Of a stretch of 64,000 nt of DNA, positions 48,346 to 62,179 are shown one piece after another. The position numbers were made by a program, and so were the translations under genes. Source of the stretch: Felis catus (taxonomy: Eukaryota); assembly GCF_018350175.1 (NCBI RefSeq), contig NC_058368.1, positions 57,972,001 through 58,036,000 on the forward strand. The letters run 5' to 3'. The first letter of the stretch is position 1. Each line of letters begins with the position of its first letter. The notes under the pieces were generated by a model. It was given only the letters and a program-made list of their open reading frames with translations, ran no database searches and was not told the DNA's origin.

Positions 48346-49289
48346 CAACTACATCAGTGACAAGAACTTAGAAATGAATCCATTTTTGTATAATGATAAT
48401 TTGATTTTCAAAAGATTAAAGTGTCATCACTTGGGAAAAGAAAACCTTTAAATCATTGGACCTGGAATAACTGGATATTCATAAAGAAAAATATGGACTG
48501 AGATCATTAATTCACTTATTACCTAAAAATAAATTTGAGATAATCATATCCATTAACAAAAATTTAAAAACTGTAACTTTCTAGAAGGAAACACAGTTTT
48601 GGAGAAGTAAAAGTTTCCTTGATAGATCCAGACCTTAAAAATATATTGCAAATAATAAAAAAAATTGTTTATCCAAGACAAAATTAAGGAAATAAATAAA
48701 AAGCCTTAGTCCTAGAGTGAATTTTTGCAGTACATAAATCTGAAAGAAGACTAGGATACAGGATATACAACAAACTTCTACACCTCAACAATAAAATTAC
48801 ATATGATCCAATAAAAATGTACATAGATTAGAACAGATACTTCAAAAGAAAGACCAACATATGGCAAAATATATGGGGTGGGGCAGAAAAACTATTTTTT
48901 AGAAAGTGCTCAAGACATTATTTCTCAAGGAAATGCAAACTAAAAATAATGAGATGTCACACGTCACTCCCTAGACTGCTCAAATTAAAGATACTGGTGA
49001 AACCAAAAGTTGTGAATATAGTGCAACTGCAATGCTGATATATTTTTGTACAGAGTACCTTTGTTTATATATTGTTGTACATGAAACCATCATATACGAA
49101 TATAAAATGGTATGCTTACTTCAAAAACTCTCAAAATTTCTTATAAAACTAAGTATACATCCACCCTATGACCCATAAATTATACTTGCTGATATCGACA
49201 AATGTGAAATAAAAATGCATGTCCATAAACAGATTTCTACTAGAATTCCATAGTCACTTTATAATAATTCAATACTGGAGATTATCATG

Positions 49290-49408
49290 ATGAGCACTTA
49301 TGATGAGCACTGAGTGATGTATACATATGTCAAATCACCATATTGTACACCTGAAACTAATTTAATGCTATATGGTATCTATACTGGAATTAAAATAAAA
49401 CCTTAAAG
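49290..49408 (+). mobile_element. Short carnivore L1 3'-end insertion
   Basis: TGATGAGCACTGAGTGATGTATA...ATATTGTACACCTGAAACTAAT...TATACTGGAATTAAAATAAAA. Confidence 0.8.
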
Positions 49409-50084
49409 ACTAATAATATTAATAATAGTTCAATAGTTGAAATAGCCCACATATTCATCAGTAAGAAAATGGATAAACAAACTGTGGTATATGTATACAG
49501 TGGAATAATATAATCCATAAATATAAACTCCTGAATACATTTGACAACATGGAAAAATCTCAAAATTTTATTTTACTGAATGCATGTGTACTTACAAAAA
49601 AATGTATGGTTCTATTCATGAAGTGTTTGTCTTCGAGGGCATGGGGAAATGGATTGACTGGGAATGAGCATGAAATAACCTTCAGAGGTGATGATGATAT
49701 CTTATATCTTGACAAGAATTTGGGTTTACACAAGTGTATGCATTAGTTAAAACTCACAGATTATTACTCTTAAGATTCTTTCCTTTCATAGTTGGTAATT
49801 TGACTTCAAAGGGAAAAGAAAGTACTGAAAGTACCATAATAAATATTCAACTCTAGTTGAAGACAGCCATGCTGAGATGTTTAGAAGGTGAAGCTAATGC
49901 AACTAAATTTGAGAAGCACTTCAAGATAAAAACATGGGTCAATGAATAGATGGAGAGATACAAAATGGATCACATGTGGTAAAGAAAATAATTTTTAAAG
50001 TACAAAGTGTAAAAGAAAACCTCAATAAAATTCTAATAAAAGATGTTCTATAAAACCTGAATAAATGCCATTTTCATAGATAGT

Positions 50085-50572
50085 ATGATCTTACATAAAT
50101 CAGCCTAAGATGGAACCTGTACATTGCCCCCTTAGGTTGTTTATTTCTTCATAATAAGCTCAACAGTCTACCAATGCCCATTTCAGATTTTTATAAACCC
50201 GTTTTTATTTTTAAAACAGTCCAAATGAGCATATTTTTAGCCTTCTAGGGACTGTGTTCTTTGCATACTCTATGGTAACACACCCAATACCTATTGGCCA
50301 TTGAAAAGCCACCACTGGCCTTTGGAACTCTCTGACCTAGAGACTCTCTACTCTGTTGCTGAGTGACTTCACCTAGACACCTAAGTCCTTTCTCTTCCTC
50401 CCCTACTAAATGGTGATCCCCTGGCCTAATACTCTGGACAGCCTCATGCTATCTGCAATACCCTCTCTCATACCACTCTAAGTGCTACATGATGAAGCTT
50501 TTTGTGTGTTGCTGCCTCTGGATTTCATATATATTTTCCTCAATCAGCCTCCAAATCCTGTGAATCCTCTAC
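50085..50572 (+). mobile_element. Old ERVL-class solo LTR (MER54/MER73/MER74 group)
   Basis: GCCTAAGATGG near start, GCTGAGTGACTTCACCTAGACACCTAAG, TTCCTCAATCAGCCTCCAAATCC near end. Confidence 0.6.
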
Positions 50573-50989
50573 CCATTATTAATATTGCAAAACAAAATGT
50601 CTTTTTCCCCTAATAAATCCAAAAGTTAGAGTAATTAAGATTGAATTTTGAACAGGAGTATTATGCATCAAGACAAGATAATTCTTAATTCTGTATAGGA
50701 AAAATATATAAATGAAGTTAGGGAAACTTAGAAAATATTTAACAATAGTGACCTCTGCCAAGTGATACCAATAATTATGAGTTTGATATTAATGCAGGAA
50801 TAAAGAAACGTAGGTAATTATAACAAACAAAGAAATGGGAGACACATAAAAGTAAAAGCTATTAGGTTTTGTTTAGAGACAGATAAAGTTAATGGGGACA
50901 AATGGACAATTTAAATAAATATTGTTAGGATAATTAGATATATTTTGCGGAGGAAAATAAAGTTCGATTCCTACAAGTAACTTCACTTG

Positions 50990-51240
50990 ATATCTTACTG
51001 TTTTCAGGTGCTAAAACAGAATACCATAAACTGGGTGGTTTATAAACAACAGAACTTTATTTCTCACAGTTATGGTGGCTAGCTGCAAGATCAAGGGCCT
51101 AGGCATACTCAGTCATGAGGTCTCCATCCTACTGATACAATCACATCTCAAAGGCCCTACCGTTTATATAATTACCTTGAGGGTTAGGATTTTATCATAT
51201 AAATTTGGGGGTCAAGGGCACAAACATTGAGACCATAACA
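50990..51240 (-). mobile_element. MLT1A-type MaLR LTR, internally deleted
   Basis: ATACCATAAACTGGGTGGTTTATAAACAACAGAA.TTTATTTCTCACAGTT...GGGTTAGGATTT...CACAAACATTGAGACCATAACA. Confidence 0.85.
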
Positions 51241-53379
51241 CTCTACTAAACATAGAATGTGTTTTAAGAATACTGAATTGGGAAAGTAATTATGAATACA
51301 TTTTGCCCATATTTTATTATATTTAACTATCCATCTGGTTTGGTGTATGTTTTCTTCTTTTCTCATACTTCTCATGTTCCTTTTTAAAATTAGAATCGTA
51401 TATATATGTATGTATAATTAACTGGGAAGTTTGCCATCTTTTTTAAAAAAAGTGTATGCCAATTGAAATCATCTGGGAAATTATTTGTAGCAAATAACAA
51501 ATAAAATCATATTCATTGATATAATTTGTGTACATATGTGTATGTAGTATGTGTTTTCTCATGTTACTTCGTTCATGTCCTTGTTATTTGTAACCTTGTC
51601 TTGATATTATTTTTCCTTTTTTATTAGCTATTATTTTATTTTAAAAAATGGCAGTTACCACACTGCACTGATTATCTTTAATTAAATAGAGTTCCAAAAT
51701 CCTTTTTCTCTACAAGGTGACATTTTCACTGAGGGATTATGTTTTAAAACATGAAAAATAAAAATAAAAATAAACTTTAGGATTAATTTTTCCAACAGGA
51801 AAGGACAAATGTCAGTAAAAGAAAAAAAATTGCTTCCATCAATGTCATAATATTAAATTATTACACTGCAATGGGTATAGTTATATCAGTAATAATCATG
51901 AATTTTGAAGATCAAACTAATATCAGTCTTTATTATCTATACTAGTGTTTTTTAATAATTTGACTCAAAATTTTTAAATTTTGAATTTGAATTCAAAATT
52001 TGAATTTTGCTTTTGTTTCGTGGAGTGAATTTTATGTCACTATACAAAGTAATATAAATTTCGCTTATCAGGTACTCAAAAGGTAGAAGGTCCAATTCAT
52101 TAAACATCTTATTATTTGCCATATAAACCTATTCCATAATCAGATTTTGTGTTTTTTAAGTTCATTTACAAATCTTTATTTTATACATGTGAAGAATAAT
52201 TTCACAACCATCAATAAATGTATCATCTAGATCCATTTGGAAAATGGAAAGTCAGTTGGAAAATCTTTAAGTTCTTTTCCAAATTGGGGTAATCTACTTC
52301 TTTCTAAGTCTGAATTTTGGGTTGTTCTGCTCTGTGGGATAGATTGTGGTATTTCTGGAACTGCCATGGGCATACATGAGTGGTTCTGAGTTGTGACTTT
52401 TACAAACAGGAGGGAACAAAATGAGTCATTATTCCCTTTTTGTAGTCAATATATGACCTGAAACATTTCTGGTTTCTAACATTTTTGACAAAGTCCCTGG
52501 GGTTCTATAACTTCCAAACATATTCTAAATAATCAATAATGAATAATAGCAACAACAACAACTTGTGTCTTTTGTACAGCTTCCTTTGTGTCAAGTATAA
52601 GCTATTCACTCTCTTAGGCTTTCATTCAGATTTTGTTCATTTCTTCAAAAATTTTTTATTATATTTGAAATTATCCTGGAATTTCTGAGTAGTGAACCTG
52701 AAAAACAGAATAGCGTTTACAAGGCTATAGATATATATTCAATTTTACTTGATTACCTTTTAGGTGGTACTTTAAAAAATCCATATTTCTGTCTACATAT
52801 TACTAGAACATATTTTTTCCCAAGGGTTTTTCTAGTCCATACGACCTTTTATAGGTACTATCATATGATAGAAGTGGCAATATATTTTAGTGTATTAAAC
52901 AAAACTGACCAGAAGATCTAACACTAATCCTCAAATATCTCCTTGCACTCATATTTTCAGCCTAATGTTTTAGTCTTCATTTCCTTCATGTATACATATA
53001 CATTTCTAAAGTATTTTCCAATTCTAACTACTAGTAAATCTGTCCCTATTACTGACAAAGAATATCCACTCTCTTTATATACGGACTGCAGGAATATTTT
53101 TTCCCTAGAATAACAGACTATTTCAGCTTTTATTCAAAGGAAGATTTTAGCATTCCTGGATCAATCACTAAAAAGGAGGGGGATAAATAATTATATCATT
53201 ACTGTATTAATTACTATAAGGGAGTGTATACTTATTACAAGTTGTAGATCCTTGTAAGGACATATGTGTTTTGATCTAACAAATTTTTAGTAAAAAGTAT
53301 CCAGTGACTTTTCCTATCCCTATAATTACTTTTGTCTTGTAAGTAAATCTATATTCTAGGTTTTTGTAAACAAAAACCA

Positions 53380-53715
53380 TTTATTTTCATTATTTATAAG
53401 TCTGCACATGAAATACGTGAGTAAAAATTTCAGGGTAGGTAATTCAATAACTCAACAATCTCAGCAAATGTCATAGAAGATCCAGCTTCTTTCAGACTCT
53501 GCTTAGCCAACCACAGTGTGGGCTGACCACATCTTAGTTTGGCTTCTTATTCACATACAAGATGGCTGTGATTTGCACCTGAGGTAATGTGATAATTGAT
53601 TCTTATTCAGCAAAACTGAGAGACTGAGTTTTTATGGATTTCCTTTAAAAACCAAAAACACTCTATTTTCAGAAGTCCTCATCAGACTTTTCCTTGACTC
53701 ACTAGTTGACATTTC
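53380..53715 (-). mobile_element. Old MLT1 (J/K-like) LTR fragment
   Basis: ATGTCAT..GATCCAGCTTCTTTC..CTCTGCT, CAAGATGGCTG, TTTCAGAAGTCCTC..CAGACTT. Confidence 0.6.
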
Positions 53716-55419
53716 ATTAAATAATTATAATAGTATTAGACCAATCACGTGGTGTATATTAAATGTCAGGAGTCAATAATAAATGTTTTTAAATAAATCT
53801 CATTAAAAATATTTACAGCAACGATATTGGTTTCTCTTTCTAGCAAAGCAGACATAGAACCATCCACTGTCTTGATATCTTTAAACTCTAGAACTTTAGC
53901 CATTGCATATAAACAATATCCTTAATTTACTTTCAAAAATAATTCTGACACATTGACAGTGAAAAACCTTCATTTTTTTCTAAAATATTTTGTTATAATA
54001 TTATTCAGAAAGAGTCTAGAAGCAAGTGTTTACTTAGTTGTGCAAACTTCAAATGAAATAGGAATGGGTTTTGATCAAATCCTATTTGAAATTGTGAGGA
54101 ACTTGTACAGTTGAATGAAATATACAGATAAAATAATATGGGATTTAGTCACAAATCTGAGATCAGTTAACATCATGACCTTAAATTTTAATGTTATTTA
54201 ACCTTTGCAGATCTATTTATTTTTCTGATATATTTGGGGTTTCACTATAAATTTAGTTCCAGCTCTAAAGTTCTATGATTTTCTAAGCATAATTTGGCAA
54301 TATTCCTGGCTTTGTATGGATACAGAAAATCACATTCCTTTCAGACATGTAAGACCACAATTTTCTGGAGTACAGGCTATATTTTAGAAATAACTTTAAA
54401 ATTTTATTTGTTATCTACTATATCAGCCTAAGAGAGCCATACAAGAAAAAACTCCCAGCTGCAGAAAGACATGGATGATTTTTTCAAACAGGAGTTAATC
54501 CACGTCCAAACATAAACATAGCAAAAATTAAAACAAAAACAACTAAAACGTAAGTACGATAGAAACACATAGACTATGAGTTTAAATTATTGAGAAATCA
54601 TTTCAGATATTCCCATCATATAAGAATACTCTGCCCTTCATAAAGAACTTACACATTCATTATTTCACTTTGCCCCTCTTAAATTGGTGATTTATGTAAG
54701 ATAAGTGCTGTTATTTTAAAAATTTGTCTATGTAAGAGATGATCTTCAGATTGATGAGGTGAATAAATAAATATCCTACTCTCAATGACTGATAGAGGTA
54801 AGATATTAACTGTTTTGCTCTGATTTATAATCTCATGATTTGTTTGCTGAATGTGACTGGGTTTATTTACTGACTTATTTTTCTAATCATGTTGATGGAA
54901 TCTGCAGTGTTCTTAATTCAGTGATAGAGAATATGCAGATCTATCTGATCTGTTGTAAATAAACAATCCAGCTAACCTCTAAAGTAATTTTGAGGCATTC
55001 ACACACAAAATATTCTGTATGTGACTGAAAAAGCATGGAGTTTATAAAAAATATTCAGCAGAACTGAAAATGAGTGAAGAAAGCCAGATTTAATAATACT
55101 TTGATAAAATATTCCCTGTTATTACTATTTTGAACAGCTTTCAAATGGGATTTGTGGTAGTTGAGAAGATTCTTTATCACCAAGTATATACTGAAAAGAG
55201 ATGAAAATGCACAGTCTCCATTTTATAGAATTGGCCACCAAAGCATGTGTCCACAAATGTCTGGACAAAATATTAGTATCACCCAAGATTTAGAGTGGGG
55301 AAGCAAAGGTAGAAATGATAATTTGTGGCTGAGAATTAAAAAGCAAAATAAGCTGCATCATAATGTGTCCTGAATAAAAGTTCAACGTATTTGTGGGTGT
55401 GCAAAAGTAGTAAATAATT

Positions 55420-57020
55420 ACATTATATACCCAATCCAGATCCCCCAACTGTTAACATATCATTTGCTTTGTCAGCATCTATATATCTCTATCTCTGTTA
55501 CTCCATAATCTATCTATATTTTTTGTTTTTTTTTTCTTGTTGAAAGTAGTTTGGAGACATGATGATCTATTAGCCTTATTAAATTAGTGTCTATTATCTA
55601 TAAACAAGGACCCCCTCTCTCTTTTTTAAGTTTATTTATTTTGAAAGAGAAAAAGCATGAGTGGGGGAGGCACAGAGAGAGAGGAGAGAGAGAAAATCCC
55701 AAGCAGGCTCCATGCTGCCATGCTGTCAGTGCAGAGTCAGGCTTGGGGCTCCATCCCACAAAATGGGAGATCATGACCTGAATGAAAATCAAGAGCCAGA
55801 CACTTAAGTGACTGAGCCACCCAGGTACTGCAACAAGGACATCTTTTACAGAACAAGTGTACAAACATTAAAACTAAAAAATTAACACCAGTATACTACT
55901 TTCATGTTTTCCCAGTTGTTCTGATTATGTCCTCCATAGTAGAGGATTCAACCTTACACTGCACATTGCGGACTCTCTTTAGTCACATTCAATTTGGAAC
56001 AGTTTTGTAGTCTTTTCATCATTTCACAATCTTGATTTTATTTTTTAGTAAGTACTACAAGAAGTTATTTTATAGGATACTGCTTCAATCTGAGTCTGAC
56101 TGATTACAGTCTGTATAGAGCTCTTTCAACAGAGATATCAGAGATTTGAGGTGGATCCTTCTCATTATATTATGTCAGTTGGTGCATGATAAAACTTTGC
56201 CCTATCGTAGGTCTTGTTAATTTTGATCAATAAATTACAATGGCATCTGGCAGTTTCTTCACTCCTTTTTTGTTTTTACACTATGAGTATCTTAGGAAGA
56301 GATGATTTGTGACCCTATAAATTTTATCTTTTTCACATTTTCACCCATTATTTTGCATCCATTGATATTTGTCTATATCTGTTCTCACCACAAGAGTTAC
56401 CAAATGGTGAGTTTCTAATTCTATGAATTATTCTGCATTTATTAATTGGAATTTAACTGTAAAGAAATGTTCTCTCATATTTATTTATTTATATTCATAT
56501 GGATTTATGAATTCTCATGTAAACCATAGGTAATAATCTTTTACTATATTTTTGAATGTGTGTGTTTGCCTTTTGTTACTACAGATTTGTCCAGTGGAGC
56601 CTCTTAAAATTAGATCACCTGCCCTTTTGGCATGTTGCTCTTAGCCTTTGAGCATTTGCTTATTTTCTGATCACAGCAAAATATTCCAAGCTCATTTTAT
56701 TGTTTTTCTCGGGTCTTCTCTATGTAATTTAAGATCTAAGCAATGGGTTTGTTCATTATTTGTAGAGTGTTGCCGTTTCTAGGCTTTCTCAGTGGATAGA
56801 CCAAAGAAATACACGAATGGATATATGTGCACAAACACACACACATATACACCCATGTTTCTTTCTATATCTACCTTTATGTACACAAAAAACTCTCATT
56901 TTATCTCAACACCATACAGTTCATTTTGCCTTTGACTTTTTCCCTGCTTAAAATTTCCTTCTCTGACAGTGGGAAGCCTCACTTCATTTTAGTTCAAAGT
57001 CTAATTTTTGCTTAGTCCCA
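55420..57020 (-). mobile_element. Old L1MC-type 3'UTR, interrupted by a CanSINE
   Basis: CCAACTGTTAACAT, AAACAAGGAC, TTCAATTTGGAACAGTT, TTTGAGCATTTGCTTATTTTCTG..CAAAATATTCCAAGCTCAT, TTCTCTGACAGTGGGAAGCCT. Confidence 0.75.
55620..55831 (-). mobile_element. CanSINE, older subfamily
   Basis: Reverse-complement body with small internal duplication CCATGCTG; TSD core AACAAGGAC. Confidence 0.93.
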
Positions 57021-57675
57021 ATTTCCCACTGTTGCCAGGACTGGTTCTTCACTCAGCCATAACAATCAGGCTGCCATTTACTTGATTGCCTATAACAATA
57101 CTTGGCCCAAAACATTGTTTTGGGCACGGCCTCACAGCTCTGAACAGGAAGGCCACCTCTAAAACATATTATGGAATGGGAGGGACTGTAATGGCTTTCC
57201 TTGCTTCACTGTATTTTACTTTTTGTAGCTATTAATTTTGATGTCATTTTCCTTAATGTTTGCTTCATTTTATTGTGATGTGGTGCTTTTATAGATGAGA
57301 ATCAGAAAATTTGCTAGCAAAGAAAGAAAGTGCAATCACTGACAAGACATAACATATTCTATAGGAAGTTGGGATATGTTAATTTATTTATTGAAATAAT
57401 ATATGTTTATATATTAGAGATTTATAAATGAAATGTATATAGTTATATAAGTATACATATGTCTGAAAGTATATATTTATGTATATATTTTTTATACATA
57501 TATGTATGCATATATTTTATGTAGGAACATACAATGCAGTACATAGTGAAAGAGAGAAAGAGACATATAGACCTTCTTCTAATTGCCAATATCTGTGCTA
57601 ACACTTATAAAAAGATACATATCATGCCAAATAATCAAATGGATACTTAGATTTTAATATAGGTGTCATATTCTT

Positions 57676-57888
57676 TTATCTATTTATTTATTTTAGTGTT
57701 TATTTTGAGAGAGACAGAGACAAAGCACGAGCAGGGGAGGGGCCGAGAGAAGGAGACATATTATCTGAAGCAGGATTCAGGCTCTGAGCTGTCAGCAGAG
57801 ACTGACATAGCGCTTGAACCCACGAACTGAGAGATCATGACCTGAGCTGAAGTTGGAAGTTTAATCGACTGAGCCACCCAGGCGCCCC
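57676..57888 (-). mobile_element. CanSINE
   Basis: 16-bp TSD TAGGTGTCATATTCTT at 57660-57675 and 57889-57904. Confidence 0.97.
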
Positions 57889-59134
57889 TAGGTGTCATAT
57901 TCTTAAATAGTGTCCAATAATGTTTGAAGTTTGTGTATTTATAAATTATATTTTATATTTACTTTTATAATGTTATCTATTATATTTATCTTATAGCATA
58001 GATTATGATATTTATATTTTAATGTGCTTAAATTGGTTCCTGGGATTGCTTTAAAACTGCATGTAAAATTACTTCACTATTCAAAACATATTCGATTTTT
58101 TATGTGTTTGGTAAAAAAGAGACAAAATAACAGAATTACTGTCTACTATTAAGAAAAAGTAAAGAAAAATAATGATTACAATAACGATGATAATAATGAT
58201 CATTATAAAAACTGTAACCAAACAGTCTCTCTACCTAGTTGTTAATTGAATTGACCATGCTTATCTTGAGAAGGAATCTACTTAGAATCTTTATGTAGGA
58301 ACACATAAGAATAGCTTATTGCCTTCCTGATTGTTCATTTCCTCTTTGAATAGGCAGAGAATTGTTACCAATATAGAACACTGTCTTTGGAGATCATTTT
58401 AATCACCAATCACACATGTAGTTTGTAAATTACCCTGAAGTACAGTTCCACACTACATAAGAATAGGACTCACTAAGCAGGTCCTTCGTGTCAGCTAAAA
58501 TATAATACTTTCAGATGAAATTACTTTTTAAGTCATAGTTGAGGAAAGGCTAAACAATTTTCTACAAACAATTATTATTGACTACTTTGATGGTAGCATA
58601 ATGTTAAAAAGAAATTTATTACTCTATTTTAGGTTTCTGAATTTTTAGTTTATAGTCTAACACCATGGCTATATCTGATTTCTATTAAGCTAGGAGATGA
58701 AGGGAATTGCGTGTTTTCAGATACCATTAAATAGGACTTTAGATTCTGTTGTTAATTCAGGCTTGACATATTGCGATATATATACTATGAAAAAATTTAT
58801 TCAGAATGTTTATTGAATCTTTCTATATCTTGCTTTTAATTTGTTTTCTTTACTAATGTTTTCTTTACTAACAATTTGATGTAATTATGTAGTTTCTCAT
58901 GTTAATGAAATGATTAATGTAATGCCATAAAAGAACTAGATAGTATGGTCTATTGTACTCAAATATTTTTGAAATTTGCTGTTTGAAGAATAAACAGTGA
59001 CCTGAAAATTTGTAACAGTTCATATAAGTTACACTTTATAAAATATAAATATATAAAGATATAGTTGTTGCAAGGTATGTAATAAAATAGAGTAATACCC
59101 AGCAAAAAAATCTGGTAAGTAAGTACATGAGTAC

Positions 59135-59285
59135 CAATTGTTGCTTAATATGTGCCAGGCTCTCTTCTAGCCCATTTTATAAGTATTTTGCTTGCTTTGC
59201 AGAAAAAGAATCTCAAGCACACAGTTGGCAAATAACTTGTCTAAGGTGATATAACTAGATTTAGTGGGGCTGCGATTCAAAAACA
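59135..59285 (-). mobile_element. MIR fragment
   Basis: TATGTGCCAGGC...TTTGCAGA..AATCTCAAGCACACAG..AAATAACTTGTCTAAGGT...GGGCTGCGATTCAAA. Confidence 0.75.
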
Positions 59286-59351
59286 ATATGTTAATGAAAT
59301 TAAACAGTATTCAATATATTTTTTAATGCTGAGTAAATAAAGGTGTGTTTT

Positions 59352-59571
59352 TTAAATTTTTAAAAATTATTTATTTTTATTTTTTTAATGTTTATTTATT
59401 TTGAGAGAGATACACACAGAGTGCCAGCTGGAGTGGAACAGAGAGAGAGGGAGATATGAATCTGAAGCAGCCTCCTGGCTTGGAGCTGTCAGCACAGAGC
59501 CCAATGCAGGGCTCGAACTCACAAACTGTGAGATCATGACCTGAGCTTAGGTCAGATACTCAACCAACTGA
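59352..59571 (-). mobile_element. CanSINE lacking ~17 nt of 5' end, fused to tail of next SINE
   Basis: Body stops at CTCAACCAACTGA and runs into the T tract of the next copy. Confidence 0.94.
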
Positions 59572-59784
59572 AATTTTTTAAATGTTTATTTAGTTTTGAG
59601 AGAGAGAGAGAGACAGAGTGTGAGTGGAGGAGGGGCAGAGAGAGAGGGAGACACAGAATCAGAAGCAGGCTCCAGGCTCCGAGCTGTCAGTACAGAACCC
59701 TACGTGGGGTTCAACCCATGAATGGTGAGATCATAACCAGAGATGAAGTCAGATGCTTAATCGACTGAGCCACCCAGGCACTCC
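59572..59784 (-). mobile_element. CanSINE
   Basis: Full head; outer TSD AATAAAGGTGT(G/A)TTTT brackets both copies. Confidence 0.95.
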
Positions 59785-59910
59785 AATAAAGGTGTATTTT
59801 TATATAATATATTTATTTCTTAGGATAATGTTTATGTTTTTGTTCTAGATGGAAATTAAATTTCTAAATTTCTTTGTTTTATTTACAATGACTTATTCTG
59901 GTTAAGTATA

Positions 59911-60545
59911 TGTATTAGTTACCAATTGCTGTTGTGAAATATTACCACAAGCTTAGTGGTTTAATAATGCACATTTATTTTTATTTTCTTTGAAATTTAC
60001 CATACAGTTCTGGAGGACAAAAATCTTAAATGCTTTTCAGTGCATTAAACTCTAGGGCTATGTTCTTTTGCTTTTTCCGACTTCTTGAGGTTGACTGCCT
60101 CCCTTGGCTCATGGCCCTTTCCTCCATTTTCAAGATAGCAATTACATCATTTAGACCTCCACTTCCATTGCTCCATTCGCTTCTCGGACTCTGACCCTCC
60201 TGCTTCCACCCCATTAGGACCCTGTGATTACATTGAGCTTATCTGTTTATCCAGGATAATCTCCCCATTTCAAGATTCATAATGTTTTTTAACTAATTTT
60301 TTTAAATGTGTATTTTATTTTTCATAGAGAGAGACAGAGGACAAGTGGGGGAGGTGCAGAGAGAGAGGGAGACACAGAAACTGGAGCAGGCTCCAGGCTC
60401 TGAGCTATCAGCACAGAGCCGTATGCAGGGCTCGAACTCCCAAACTGCAAGATCATGACCTGAGCTGAAGTCGGACCTTAACTAACTGACTGAGCCACCC
60501 AGGTGTCCCTCAAGATTCATAATTTATGTGCAAAGCCCCTTACTT
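59911..60545 (-). mobile_element. MLT1C/D-type MaLR LTR, interrupted by a CanSINE
   Basis: TGTATTAGTT..ATTGCTG..ATTACCACAAGCTTAGTGG, CCTTGGCTCATGGCCC, GGACCCTGTGATTACATTG..ATCCAGGATAATCTCCCCAT. Confidence 0.88.
60284..60509 (-). mobile_element. CanSINE
   Basis: 14-bp TSD TCAAGATTCATAAT at 60270-60283 and 60510-60523. Confidence 0.97.
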
Positions 60546-60701
60546 ACAACAGTGGGAGGGCAACAAGTGATATCACTGCAATGTACTCACTCAAGTTGAA
60601 AAATACAAATGTCTACGTTGGAATTGGTATAATTTTCAAAGATTATAAATTCATTTTTGGAAAACATAACTCATACAAATTATAAAAATGTATTCTTTTC
60701 T

Positions 60702-60900
60702 GGGTCATCTGGGTATCTCAGTTGGTTAAGCACCTGACTTGGCACAGTGAATGATATCATGGTTCGTGGGTTCAGTCCCCACCTTGGGTTCTGTGCTGCA
60801 CTAACAGCGCAGAGCCTGCTTCCAATTCTCCCCCTCTCTCTCTGCCCCTACCCTGCTCACACTGTCTGTATACAAAATAAATAAACAAACATTTTTTTAA
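60702..60900 (+). mobile_element. CanSINE, diverged
   Basis: Degenerate head GGGTCATCTGGGTATCTCAGTTGGTTAAGC; TSD AAAAATGTATT(C/G)TTT. Confidence 0.9.
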
Positions 60901-61852
60901 AAAAATGTATTGTTTCCTAAAGCAACCACAGACAAGTAACTTTGTTCTCTTAGAAATTGTGTTTGTTTTTATAGAAGTTAGAAATAAGTTTTTCCTCTGA
61001 GGGAAATCAGAGGTTTTAAGAATCATCACAACATATGCCAAACTTCCCAAAGAACACAGAATAGCTCCCTGACCAATGATTCAAGGAAGAATGGGAGGAG
61101 GGGTAGTTGTTGAAGGATTATTCAGTGTGCAAAACTTTAAAGAAGCCCCGCATCTTATGTTATGTGTCCATCCCCATTCAGGGAGGTAAAATGGCTGAAG
61201 ATTACTTCTGGTAGTAAGCGTTTACCTACTGAGGATATGGGTGCATATAGCTAATCCACATGCATGAAGCATAGTGTAACTGATTTCAGACAAGAATCAC
61301 TTAAATAAGGTTATCCCATATCTCATTATAAACAAGTAAAACTCAATTGTGGTTTATAGATAAATTATTTTTGAGGTTGTTGGTGTGAGGTCATGCATAG
61401 GTGATATAAACATTCTCAATGTATTTTGAAATTCAAGTCTTTAAGTCTACAACCCTTAAAGTCAGACTACAAATTTGTGAATTCATGATGGTAACACTTT
61501 CAATATTAGCGAGGAGTTGATTTCTCCTGACCTCACTTTTGTTTTACAAGATACCTTTTATCAAATGTATATGACCTTTACTTTAAATATCATAACAAGT
61601 GGCAAAATACTGTTTATATTAATTCTAGGTGATCTCTCTGATAACACCTTGTTGTTCTCGTTGTTCAAAATTCACATGGGTAGGAGGTGATACTCAAAGA
61701 GGTCAGGAAGAAGGATGAAGGAGATAGATCGTCTCAATTTTATATTTTGTTTTGATTATTTGAGTGTTTTATACTTAGTTCTTTTTATTAATAGTAAAAC
61801 CTTCTATAATCTCTTAACATTTCAAGTAGCTTTATAATTAGTTTCATGGTGG

Positions 61853-61958
61853 ACTATAAATTCCATGGCAGAGGCATTATATCTGACTTTTACTTACCAC
61901 TGTTTATCTACATTGTTCTAGTTGGATAGTAGCTGCTCAATTAGTACATGCTGAATAA
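61853..61958 (+). mobile_element. L2 3'-end fragment
   Basis: GACTATAAATTCCATG...CACTGTTTATCT...TAGTAGCTGCTCAAT..TGCTGAAT. Confidence 0.65.
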
Positions 61959-61969
61959 AAATATATATT

Positions 61970-62179
61970 TAATGTTTACTTATTTTTGAGAGACAGAGAG
62001 AGAAACAGAGCATGAGTGAGGGAGGGGCAGAGACAGAGAGGGAGACAAAGACTCTGAAGCAGGCTCCAGGCTTTGAGCTGTCAGCACAGAGCCCATTGCA
62101 GGGCTCAAACCTATGAACCATGAGATCTTGACCTGAGCCGAAGTCCGATGCTTAACTGACTGAGTCACCCAGGCATCCC
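61970..62179 (-). mobile_element. CanSINE
   Basis: TSD TGAATAA(A/T)AATATATATT. Confidence 0.96.

Larger units (their letters stand above)
40788..50050 (+). mobile_element. Old L1M (L1MC/MD-like) relic from 5' end to 3'UTR with large deletions, hosting younger insertions
   Basis: 5' part 40788-41717 (CTTCTGGTTATGG, CTGAAGGCACT); ORF1 resumes at 48089 (ATTCTAGAATTAAAAAATACAATATCT); ORF2 3' and 3'UTR motifs 48350-50050. Confidence 0.7.

Noticed and set aside
51976..52001. AAATTTTGAAT-TTGA-ATTCAAAATTT hairpin (similar one at 62823-62847)
   Set aside because: Very AT-rich stems are expected by chance in this composition
58842..58871. 15-bp tandem duplication TGTTTTCTTTACTAA
   Set aside because: Ordinary slippage duplication with no sign of function
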